From a virus (lineage: Duplodnaviria > Caudoviricetes): 64,000 bases of DNA. A program made the position numbers and the translations under genes. Under the pieces are notes generated by a model. That model had not been told where the DNA came from and did not search any database. It saw nothing but the letters and a program-made list of their open reading frames with translations. This document shows positions 7,985-16,134 of the stretch, one piece after another; the stretch's first letter is position 1, and the number at the start of each line of letters is the position of its first letter. Location of the stretch: IMG/VR virus record IMGVR_UViG_3300029288_000144, positions 1-64,000 of that record. One strand, 5' to 3'.

Positions 7985-8245
7985 TTAGAAACTTCCGGAT
8001 TCAATAAATGTATTGTTGATTTCCTGAAGTTGTTCACTCATAGGAAGAACATATTTGTTGTATAAATCGAAATATTCCTCTTCCGTCAAATCATTTCTTA
8101 GGTTGCACATTGTAGATGACATCATTCCGAAAGTCACATTTCCGTTGATGAAGATTGTGCGTCCTTCCGGATTGTTCAAGATTGGAATTGCGGAAGTGAA
8201 TTGAGCGCACAACTTTTCGATAGCTTCTACTGCTGGATTCTTCAT
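7985..8245 (-). CDS. hypothetical protein, 86 aa
   Basis: AAGGA RBS, ATG. Confidence 0.7.
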   Translation of the reverse strand: MKNPAVEAIEKLCAQFTSAIPILNNPEGRTIFINGNVTFGMMSSTMCNLRNDLTEEEYFDLYNKYVLPMSEQLQEINNTFIESGSF

Positions 8246-8304
8246 TTTTATTTTTCCTTTTTAGTTTTGTTTAGAGGGGCATTATTGCGGATATTTGAAA
8301 AGAA

Positions 8305-8670
8305 TTAGAACGTTGCGAGTCCTGTGTTTCCCATGACTTCCACAACCGAATTTCCAAAGAAAGCCGTTGCGTTGTTCTTGAAAAACTCACGAAGAGAATT
8401 CAATTCATCTTCAGTCAGTTGGTCCTTGACGGCAGTTTGGCAACGACACTCGGAAATCAATCCAGCCGAAGTCGGATAGTTGACATTCTTGGATGTGAGA
8501 AGAAGACGACCAGACTTGTCAATGAATCCAAACCTACCGTCAGACTGAATCTTGATGTATTGGTCGGATTCGGAAACAGGGTAAATGACGAAATTCTGTT
8601 CCTTTCTCATGTTGGCGAACTTTCCGTCAAACGAGAAACAGAGAGACGATTTCTTGAGATTGTGAAGCAT
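8305..8670 (-). CDS. hypothetical phage protein, 121 aa
   Basis: first gene below promoter copy 7; FDGKFANMRKEQNFVIYP...IQSD segment looks conserved. Confidence 0.75.
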   Translation of the reverse strand: MLHNLKKSSLCFSFDGKFANMRKEQNFVIYPVSESDQYIKIQSDGRFGFIDKSGRLLLTSKNVNYPTSAGLISECRCQTAVKDQLTEDELNSLREFFKNNATAFFGNSVVEVMGNTGLATF

Positions 8671-8707
8671 TTGTTTGTTTACTTTGAAATGGGTGTCTCT
8701 TCCTTAC

Positions 8708-8770
8708 ACATAGAAGATAAGGTATTTTATGGAGAAAGTCAAGCTGGAGTTTCTTTCGGTTATTAAAAGG
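8708..8770 (-). promoter_or_regulatory. conserved early promoter copy 7
   Basis: CCTTTT...ACCGAAAGAAACTCCAGC-TTGACT-N17-TATCTT. Confidence 0.85.
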
Positions 8771-8826
8771 TGGAATTAGAAAGAAAAATTCCCGACTCAA
8801 TTAAGAATCAGGAATTACTTTTGGTT

Positions 8827-9045
8827 TTATTCCGGAGAATTAAAATCGAGAATGAACTTTCCAATCTTTTCGCCAAATTCAACAAAAACTCGGCAAAGAA
8901 TCAGAAATGTTCCAATCGGACCTAAAATGAAAAATATGGCTTTCAAATCAAGTTTTGGTTCAAGAACCGTTATTACTCCGTTATTAAAAGATCCTAAAAG
9001 AGCCCACCCAATACAAGCCAGAATGATGATGGAAGCAATCAACAT
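8827..9045 (-). CDS. small two-TM membrane protein, 72 aa
   Basis: two hydrophobic segments. Confidence 0.7.
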   Translation of the reverse strand: MLIASIIILACIGWALLGSFNNGVITVLEPKLDLKAIFFILGPIGTFLILCRVFVEFGEKIGKFILDFNSPE

Positions 9046-9116
9046 TTTCTTTTCTTTCTTTTGAATTGAAAAAGACGGAAACTATTTCTAATTCCCGTCT
9101 ACGTTTTTGGAAAGAA

Positions 9117-9392
9117 TCAGAAACCAATTCCAAGATTGATTTCGTTGTATTCCTCGCGCATGAGACGATTGTTTTCCCAGGCAACCGTCACGAAGGGCGT
9201 TTCCATGGTTTCCACTGCCTTGATTTCCAGTTCCTTCTTTTCGGGAGCCACGACCGGAACCTCGGCACGAACCAAGTCATGCGAAGGAATGGTAAACTGA
9301 GGAAGAGCCATTTCCGGAGCACGGTCATCGTTCTTGGTCTCGGCAAAGGAAGTGACTGCGAGAAGGGCGATGATGGTGAAGAGCTTGTTCAT
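9117..9392 (-). CDS. secreted protein with Sec signal peptide, 91 aa
   Basis: MNKLFTIIALLAVTSFA (SFA cleavage motif); C-terminal INLGIGF; visibly higher GC. Confidence 0.75.
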   Translation of the reverse strand: MNKLFTIIALLAVTSFAETKNDDRAPEMALPQFTIPSHDLVRAEVPVVAPEKKELEIKAVETMETPFVTVAWENNRLMREEYNEINLGIGF

Positions 9393-9448
9393 TTTCTTTT
9401 CTTTCTTTTTTGAATTTTGTGGAGAGCTTTTCTTGTTCTCTCCTTCCG

Positions 9449-9512
9449 ACATATAGAATATAGGCCGAAACGAAAGGAAAGTCAAGCTGGATTTTCTTTC
9501 GGTTTTCAAAAG
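9449..9512 (-). promoter_or_regulatory. conserved early promoter copy 8
   Basis: CCTTTT...ACCGAAAGAAAATCCAGC-TTGACT-N17-TATATT-CTATATG. Confidence 0.9.
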
Positions 9513-9560
9513 GAGTGAAAAAATAACGAAAGGTTTTAATCTTTCGTAGTTTTCTGAATT

Positions 9561-9914
9561 TCAAAACTCAGGATTTCGTCTTTCGCAAAAACCCTTTTTC
9601 CATTGAAAACCAGACTTAGGATTGTCACGGTTTACGAAATATGTCTTCTTGTTATTCTGAATGATTTCCTCAGAACAATGCTCATACCTTTCCAGATTGT
9701 TCTGAATAAATTCCAAAACAACTTCAGGAGAAACCAAACATTCATTTGCCGAGCCACAAGCGAACATATCATACTTGGGAATGAATTGCGAAGGAACCCC
9801 CACAACTTTTGCGACTTGACGACCACGATACACCGAAACCGAAAGAACGATATTTGCGTATGAATCACCATTGAAATAATTGCTGACGAAATCTCCAACT
9901 TTCAACGTTTCCAT
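9561..9914 (-). CDS. hypothetical protein, 117 aa (LKVGD SH3-like start)
   Basis: AAGGAG RBS below promoter copy 9. Confidence 0.75.
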   Translation of the reverse strand: METLKVGDFVSNYFNGDSYANIVLSVSVYRGRQVAKVVGVPSQFIPKYDMFACGSANECLVSPEVVLEFIQNNLERYEHCSEEIIQNNKKTYFVNRDNPKSGFQWKKGFCERRNPEF

Positions 9915-9948
9915 TTTCGTTCTCCTTGATTTGGTGGTCTCTTCCTGA

Positions 9949-10012
9949 CATATAGAAGATAAGGAAAACTGGAGGGAAAGTCAAGCTGGATTTTCCTTCG
10001 GTCTTCAAAAGG
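9949..10012 (-). promoter_or_regulatory. conserved early promoter copy 9
   Basis: GCCTTTT...ACCGAAGGAAAATCCAGC-TTGACT-N17-TATCTT-CTATATG. Confidence 0.9.
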
Positions 10013-10024
10013 CAGCAACCAGCA

Positions 10025-10215
10025 ACAAAAACACATTCTAAAAAGAAATGCGTTAAATAAATCAAAATTTCATTCTCTAACCTTTCGCTCCGATTCTATC
10101 TCTGTCTATTCTCTTCTTTTCGTGTGGCAACCGAATTTGAATCCGAAGATATTTCAGTCTCCCGAAGGACTCTAACACTACTCAAAAGATACTAAAACAA
10201 ATCAATCCTCTTCAC
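10025..10215 (-). ncRNA. candidate late small RNA
   Basis: TATAAATA at about 10221-10228, two C(UUCG)G hairpins, terminator hairpin plus U tract at about 10025-10053; no convincing ORF. Confidence 0.35.
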
Positions 10216-10526
10216 AATAGTATTTATAAGTTTGTTAATTTTTCTTTTTCCTTTTACTTTTTTGAAATATTAGAAGAAAATAAGAGAAAATATGGTGTTT
10301 TTTGTGACAAAATCTGACAAATTGAAGGTAAAATATCGATGCTCAAAATGGCCCACAAGCCGCATGAATAAAGGGCTGAAGGGAAATTAAAGAAAAGTAA
10401 AAACGAAATTTACTGCTTGGGACTAAGGGGTAAATGAATAAAAGATAAAAACGAAAAAGCCCCAATTTCTGAGAGCTTTTCAAATATTATTTTTCTATTT
10501 TTATTCTCTCTATATGGGCCTCGATT

Positions 10527-10892
10527 TCAAACATTCTTTTTGAAACCATAACCCCAATCTTCAGAAATCCAAGCTTCAGTCGTCGCCCACATGAACAATT
10601 CACAAAAAGTAAACTTGATTTGATTTTGAAGAATCAATTCCTTTCCAGTTTCTTCCGCATATAATTCTTCCAAGTGTTTCCAATCAACAAGTCCAATCAA
10701 CTTCTCGGAATGATACCTATGAGTTTCCATCCTCGTAGAAATCCCAACACGAACATTCCTATCCGAATATTGACGGATGTTCTCGTTCCCATGAAGAGCC
10801 GCGAACAAAACATCCGTCAAGTTTTCCCAGAAAGGAATTCCAAAACCAAGAATCATGGTATCGATGAGATTGTAGTGGGTATTGGAAATCAT
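10527..10892 (-). CDS. hypothetical protein, 121 aa
   Basis: AGGAG RBS below promoter copy 10. Confidence 0.75.
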   Translation of the reverse strand: MISNTHYNLIDTMILGFGIPFWENLTDVLFAALHGNENIRQYSDRNVRVGISTRMETHRYHSEKLIGLVDWKHLEELYAEETGKELILQNQIKFTFCELFMWATTEAWISEDWGYGFKKNV

Positions 10893-10926
10893 CGTGCGTT
10901 CTCCTGTTTGAGGTTATTGTCTCTGA

Positions 10927-10991
10927 CATATAGAAGATACAGCATTCCACGACCAAAGTCAAGCTGGAAATTGTTTCGGTTGTTAAAAAGG
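10927..10991 (-). promoter_or_regulatory. conserved early promoter copy 10
   Basis: GCCTTTT...ACCGAAACAATTTCCAGC-TTGACT-N17-TATCTT-CTATATG. Confidence 0.85.
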
Positions 10992-11074
10992 CGGAATGCT
11001 GTAAAGAAAAGTTAGAACTTATTTGAAAATGTTCTCACTTGAAATATGTCTCTATATGGCTCGATTTCATTTTC

Positions 11075-11332
11075 CTATTCCTTTGTTCCAGTTATATATT
11101 TCCTGTGCCGCCAATGCTTAGGATTGTTAATGATTTTCAAACACAATTTACAATCAACATCCGAAACAACCGAAGTTGAATTTGTTCCGTCTTCAGAATC
11201 AGAATGTTCACATCCACAAACCGTTCCAGTTGTGAATCCACCATATTTGTTTTTAACTTCAAAATTCAAATGAGTAACCATTTCTTTTCGCCTACTTCCT
11301 AATGTTAAAATAAATCCGCGAATCAAAGTCAA
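11075..11332 (-). CDS. small Zn-finger-like protein (true start may be MVTHL)
   Basis: VCGCEH...VDCKLC motif. Confidence 0.6.
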   Translation of the reverse strand: MTLIRGFILTLGSRRKEMVTHLNFEVKNKYGGFTTGTVCGCEHSDSEDGTNSTSVVSDVDCKLCLKIINNPKHWRHRKYITGTKE

Positions 11333-11579
11333 TTATTTCAAAATCTTCCTTTTTGTGTGTTTTGTAAATCCATTCACTATCCAACATTGTAGGAAGTCGC
11401 AAATCCGAAAATGGAATCAATCCAGCCGAAACTCCACGAACAAACAACTGATTCTGAAAAATGTCAAAAAAAATTTCTTCAGGAAAAATCAATTGCTCTC
11501 CATGAATCGTCCCGTCGTCTTTCTTGATTTCTAAAACAAACACAGGAAATTTGTTGTATGCCAAAACTTGAAGTTTCAT
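11292..11579 (-). CDS. hypothetical protein, 95 aa
   Basis: GGGGAC RBS below promoter copy 11. Confidence 0.7.
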   Translation of the reverse strand: MKLQVLAYNKFPVFVLEIKKDDGTIHGEQLIFPEEIFFDIFQNQLFVRGVSAGLIPFSDLRLPTMLDSEWIYKTHKKEDFEIIDFDSRIYFNIRK

Positions 11580-11592
11580 TTTCGTCCCCCAT

Positions 11593-11656
11593 TAAATAGA
11601 AGATACTCCATTTCCAAACCAAAGTCAAGCTGGAGTTTCCTTCGGTTCTCAAAAGG
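11593..11656 (-). promoter_or_regulatory. conserved early promoter copy 11
   Basis: GCCTTTT...ACCGAAGGAAACTCCAGC-TTGACT-N17-TATCTT. Confidence 0.85.
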
Positions 11657-12092
11657 CTAACCTCAAAACATTTTCTCATCTTTTCTTTTCCAAACCTATT
11701 GACTTTCACTACAACAAACACTATATTCAGTAAACATCCAGAACATCACCCCAAGGAAACCACCTAATCTTGATACCATTTTCACATTCATTCCAAATAA
11801 TAGCCAATACGTTTCATATAATTCAAAAGAAAGAATCTAAAATGAAGTGAAAAGAAAAAGAAGAAACTATTTGAAATTAGATTGAAAGGAAAAAAGAAAA
11901 ACGATAGATGAAGAAAGAGAAAAGAAAATGAAAGGAGTGAACATGAAGTGGCGTCGTTGAAAGAAAATGAGAGAATGTTAAGAAAATAAAAAAGAAATAC
12001 ATGAAAAATAAAATAATGAAGTGAGAAGAAAAAGAAATAAAAGAAGAATAAGAAAGGAATTAAATATGCGGTAAAGATATAAGGAACTCTGG

Positions 12093-12150
12093 GAATATAG
12101 CCTATATGAGCCATATAACCAAGCTGGAGTTTCCTTCGGGCTTCAAAAGG
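12093..12150 (-). promoter_or_regulatory. variant early promoter copy 12 (-35 TTGGTT, palindromic spacer)
   Basis: GCCTTTT...CCCGAAGGAAACTCCAGC-TTGGTT-ATATGGCTCATATAGGC-TATATT. Confidence 0.7.
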
Positions 12151-12177
12151 CGCGGGTTGGGCTGACTTGAGATGGCA

Positions 12178-12226
12178 CCACCGAAGAAATATCCAGCTTG
12201 ACTTTCGGATGTTTTGGAAGTATATT
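12178..12226 (+). promoter_or_regulatory. conserved early promoter copy 13 (rightward)
   Basis: ACCGAAGAAATATCCAGC-TTGACT-N17-TATATT. Confidence 0.85.
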
Positions 12227-12659
12227 ACTCTATGAAGAAGTGTGGGATGAAATAAACGAAGATGGAAATAGATGAATAAGTTTGGAAAAATGTGGAGGAG
12301 CGTGGGTGGGAATAAATGGGAATGAAGAAAAATGAAAATGAATAGGAGGAAATGAAAAATGTAAAATAAGAAAATGAAAAATGGAAAAGTAGAGGGTAAT
12401 ACGGAGGAACCCGGATTTAGCTATATTTTTGGCATTTTTTGGTATACCGTATATTGGGGGTGTTAAATTGCTGAGATTTTTAACGACATTTTTATTTTAC
12501 ATTATATTTGATGAGTGATTTATTTTTATCTATTTCTTATTTTGTTGTTTTTGTTTATAGTGTTTAATTAGTTTAACAAAGGAGAACAGAATGAATAATT
12601 AAAGTATCTTCGTGTGTAGTTTATTTAAAAACGAAAATCAACTTAAAAAGGATAAAACA

Positions 12660-12896
12660 ATGAGATTAATGATTTTGATTATTGGACTATTTGGTAGCAT
12701 TTCTCTGGCCGAATTTTACAAACTATCAAATGTAAAACGAATTGACCAGAACCTATACAAATACGATGGTGGATATATTGCCACGAAATATTGTTATGAA
12801 TATACATATGGCGTAACGGTTATATACAACGATAACACCAGGGAAATAATTTTTGATAGTGGTAACAAATGTTCCGTTGATAAATTTTTTCAATAA
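12660..12896 (+). CDS. small secreted protein, 78 aa
   Basis: signal peptide MRLMILIIGLFGSISLA; mature part with YCYEY and C-terminal Cys. Confidence 0.75.
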   Translation: MRLMILIIGLFGSISLAEFYKLSNVKRIDQNLYKYDGGYIATKYCYEYTYGVTVIYNDNTREIIFDSGNKCSVDKFFQ

Positions 12897-12899
12897 AGT

Positions 12900-12932
12900 A
12901 TATCTACCTACGGAATTATTCTATAGGTAGAT
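12900..12932 (+). terminator. intrinsic terminator
   Basis: ATCTACCTA...TAGGTAGAT followed by TT. Confidence 0.6.
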
Positions 12933-12968
12933 TTCTGAATTTTTCATAGTGGATTTTAAGGAGACGGT

Positions 12969-13214
12969 ATGAACATTTTAATTTTGATATTTTCTATGTA
13001 TTTTTCATTTGATTATTCTTTTATGATGGAGCGTCATAGATATTTTCAAGGCAAGTCTGAGACTTATTGGTCGTTAGTTGTTGGGAAAAATTATGGTGAT
13101 TATGATATTAGCTGTAGCTTTATGAATGATAATCCTATGTTTAGTTGTAATTATACAGACAGAGTAATAGAAACAAAATCATACGAAGCGGAACTATGTA
13201 AGGAAGGTATTTGA
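12969..13214 (+). CDS. possible exported beta-rich small protein, 81 aa
   Basis: AAGGAG RBS; hydrophobic N-terminus. Confidence 0.65.
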   Translation: MNILILIFSMYFSFDYSFMMERHRYFQGKSETYWSLVVGKNYGDYDISCSFMNDNPMFSCNYTDRVIETKSYEAELCKEGI

Positions 13215-14134
13215 TGATTGTTGAAACTATTTTATTTTTAGGATTGAGTTGGATGATTGGTTTTTATGGTAGTATTGGTTATAATGTCCTAAAGAATTCA
13301 AATATTTCAAGATATGTTTATATTGGATTATCAACATTTCTGGCGTGTATTGGTTATAGTTATTATTTTCACACGCTAGAGTTTTGGAGTTTGATTCTTA
13401 CAATATGTTTAGGATATATTTCTATTATTATAAGTAGTAGGTATTCGGTTATTTTTGATAAAGAATTGTTTATTGAATACATAATAGGATATTTAAATTT
13501 TCATTATAACTATTCGACGGACAAATATTTTATTTTCAATTTTTGTGGGATTGCTCAAAATAACCAATCAAACAGGGCTTTGTGTGATAGCATAGAACGT
13601 AATTGTGTTAATAATTCATATTTTATTCCTGAAAAATCAACGCGAAAAGAATTGCTGGTTGAATTGCTCATGTTGGATTTTTTTGGAAGATTGAAATGTG
13701 TTAGTGATAAAAATAAATGTGTGAAAGATATATGTGAAGAAATAGTTTTAAAATATGTTGTGTTTCATGGAAAGAAAGGAAATGAATATAAAAATTTTCG
13801 AGAATTCGATCAACAAAGAATGAAGTATATGTTAGATGGTAATTGTATGAAAAGGACGCCGAGCGAATCGTTTAATAAGTTTGGAAAAATAAGATATAAT
13901 AAAATTGTTCAAGACTGTCACCATCTTTTACAACAGCGGTGTTTATATCTATACGACCCCACAAATTACGAATTTCATATTAGACACCAAGATGAATATG
14001 ATAATTGTTCGGATGATGAAATTGATTTTTGGAGTTGGTTTAATAAAGAGTATAAAAAATTAGGAACGGCTATTGATAAAAAAGTATTGATAGAAAAAAT
14101 GATGAATGTTGGTTTAATTGTTAAGAAAAATTAA
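13214..14134 (+). CDS. membrane protein (about 3 N-terminal TM) with soluble C-terminal domain
   Basis: hydrophobic segments in first 75 aa; TGATG coupling. Confidence 0.75.
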   Translation: MIVETILFLGLSWMIGFYGSIGYNVLKNSNISRYVYIGLSTFLACIGYSYYFHTLEFWSLILTICLGYISIIISSRYSVIFDKELFIEYIIGYLNFHYNYSTDKYFIFNFCGIAQNNQSNRALCDSIERNCVNNSYFIPEKSTRKELLVELLMLDFFGRLKCVSDKNKCVKDICEEIVLKYVVFHGKKGNEYKNFREFDQQRMKYMLDGNCMKRTPSESFNKFGKIRYNKIVQDCHHLLQQRCLYLYDPTNYEFHIRHQDEYDNCSDDEIDFWSWFNKEYKKLGTAIDKKVLIEKMMNVGLIVKKN

Positions 14135-14174
14135 GATGATGAAGATTTAAGACGATGATAAAAGGAGAAGAGAG

Positions 14175-14888
14175 ATGAAAAATACAACATCACTCGAGAA
14201 CGCTTTGAGATTTAAGATTGAGATGGGGAAGATTTACATTTCGGGGATTTTGGAGTTTAGCGGTGGCGAATATATTGTTCTCGATAATTGTGTTTATAAG
14301 GTATCTGAGATAGATTGGAGAAACGGAATTTTGTTATTTAATGTTGGTGGGATTATTGATGTTCGGTGTCATTTGTATTCATGGGAGGATGTTGAAAAGG
14401 ATATTGGTGAGATTTCTGTTATGAACAAGATGCTGTATATTGCTGATTGTTTGAATTATGATGATTTGAAATCTAATTTGAAATTGAAGCATTTTGTTTT
14501 AGATTCTTTGTTTAGGGATATTGTTTTTTCTGAAATTTTTGGGAATCATGTTAGGAGTGTTTCAAGAGATTGTGTTGTTATTAAGAGTGTGACTGGAAAG
14601 GACTTAGAGATTTATTTAGATTCTGTTTGTATGAGAAATATGGGAGAGGTTGAAGAGAAGATTTTGTTTGGTTGTGATAAAGAATGTGTGATGGCGAAAG
14701 TTAAAGAAATGTGGAATAGAAGATTTGAAAAATTTAATAAATGGAGAATGATTGGTAAAGATTATATATGTCCTTGGCTTGCTGGAGGAATTTATAGTTA
14801 TGATATTTTAACCGATGAGATTTTTGTATTCTTACACCCAAATAAAAATAGATTCAAAAGATATTGGAAGATTTTTCGTGAAGATTGA
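14175..14888 (+). CDS. hypothetical protein, 237 aa
   Basis: AAGGAG RBS. Confidence 0.8.
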   Translation: MKNTTSLENALRFKIEMGKIYISGILEFSGGEYIVLDNCVYKVSEIDWRNGILLFNVGGIIDVRCHLYSWEDVEKDIGEISVMNKMLYIADCLNYDDLKSNLKLKHFVLDSLFRDIVFSEIFGNHVRSVSRDCVVIKSVTGKDLEIYLDSVCMRNMGEVEEKILFGCDKECVMAKVKEMWNRRFEKFNKWRMIGKDYICPWLAGGIYSYDILTDEIFVFLHPNKNRFKRYWKIFRED

Positions 14889-16051
14889 ACTTAATGTACT
14901 AACTTACAGCGTTTACTTTCATTGTTGTTTTGTGCTGAAATATAAAGGACAATACGAACTAATTATCAGCATTTATCATATTGATAAAAAACAAATAGAC
15001 ATTGGACATCGCACCAACAAAAGAAGAATGGAAAAGTTTAAATGAAAATCAATTTAGAAATAAGAAAATCCGGACTATTTGAACCTGTAAGAACTGCGTG
15101 GTTTTACAGAACTATTATACTCGTTGAATATATTTGGAAAGATAGAATAGAAACTGTTGGTGCTAAATGTAATCCGAAAAGACTTACAAAGATTGTTAAT
15201 CGCTGGAATGACAACGGAAATGAAAAATTATGAAAATAGAATTATTTTGCGAACATTATTTGGGGGCAAGAGAATACTGTCTCTTTAGAAAATACAAAAA
15301 AGAGAACAAGTTAATTGATAGAATATACTGGTACGAAAAATATAATTTTAATGAAGACCGAGTTGTATTTGAACTAGTTAATCAAAAAAGATTCGGAAAA
15401 TATGGCAAAGTAATGGTTATAAAATGAAGATTAGAGCGTATTTCACATATAACAACTCCCCTTCACAAGCCTTAATGGTTAGAAAGTATAAAAACGATAC
15501 GCATATACATGACCGAATTATGTATGGGTTTTTTCTACTTGATTTCAATTGTTATGATTATTCGGTTTATGGAAATGTTTGTTTGAGAAGATTTAGGAAA
15601 TTTCAAAAAAATTGCGAGAAAATAAAATGGAAATAAAAACATTCATTTGGAATAAGAATGTAATAGGGCAAGTTGATTTTTACATTTGTCGTAGAGTCTA
15701 TGATATTGGTTCGGTCTATTATATTACCAATAAAGATGAAATGGTTACATATTACAAAAATAACAAAGGTGTTGGTTATTTGAATAAGAATGTTAGTGGT
15801 AGATTGATTAAAAGATTCGAGAGTACCTTTGTATGAAAATTAAAGCAACAGTACAAGTAAACATCAGTCGTTTTGTTTTTGAAACTGATAGACTCTGGTT
15901 TGAATGGTTCTACTATGTTCGCGACAAACCAGATTATGAATTGTGTGTTTTATATTTCTTTGATTCCGGCACCATCCAAACAGCATTGAAAAGATTAGAA
16001 AATTCAAAAATTATCAAAGTTCATCATTGGGAATATGCGGCGGATAGTTAG
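14878..16051 (+). CDS. MKI micro-protein array block 1a: six ORFs (14878-15045, 15042-15233, 15230-15427, 15424-15636, 15627-15836, 15833-16051)
   Basis: 55-72 aa each; starts MKI/MEI; R(F/L/M)xK near C-terminus; ATGA overlaps. Confidence 0.75.
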
Positions 16052-16071
16052 ATTATTTTTCTAAAAACGTG

Positions 16072-16100
16072 TTGCCTTGTGAAAAATAAAAGAGTATATT
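16072..16100 (+). promoter_or_regulatory. TTGCCT-class promoter
   Basis: TTGCCT-TGTGAAAAATAAAAGAG-TATATT, near-identical to 33928-33956. Confidence 0.7.
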
Positions 16101-16134
16101 AAATAATGCGGAAATTCAATAGTTATTGGAAAGT

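Larger units (their letters stand above)
11800..12400 (+). repeat. C-poor purine-rich low-complexity tract with degenerate (A)ATGAA repeats
   Basis: plus strand almost only A/G/T; 13 ATG in about 160 nt at 12231-12385. Confidence 0.6.

Noticed and set aside
11788-12114. 108 aa Phe/Leu-rich ORF resembling a membrane protein
   Set aside because: Simply the complement of the purine-rich low-complexity tract; starts inside a promoter spacer with no RBS.
2015-12226. CRISPR-like or integron attC array interpretation of the repeated element
   Set aside because: Repeats are 0.5-2 kb apart, contain complete -35/-10 boxes, and lack constant spacer length or attC R/L box symmetry; no cas or integrase gene in the window.
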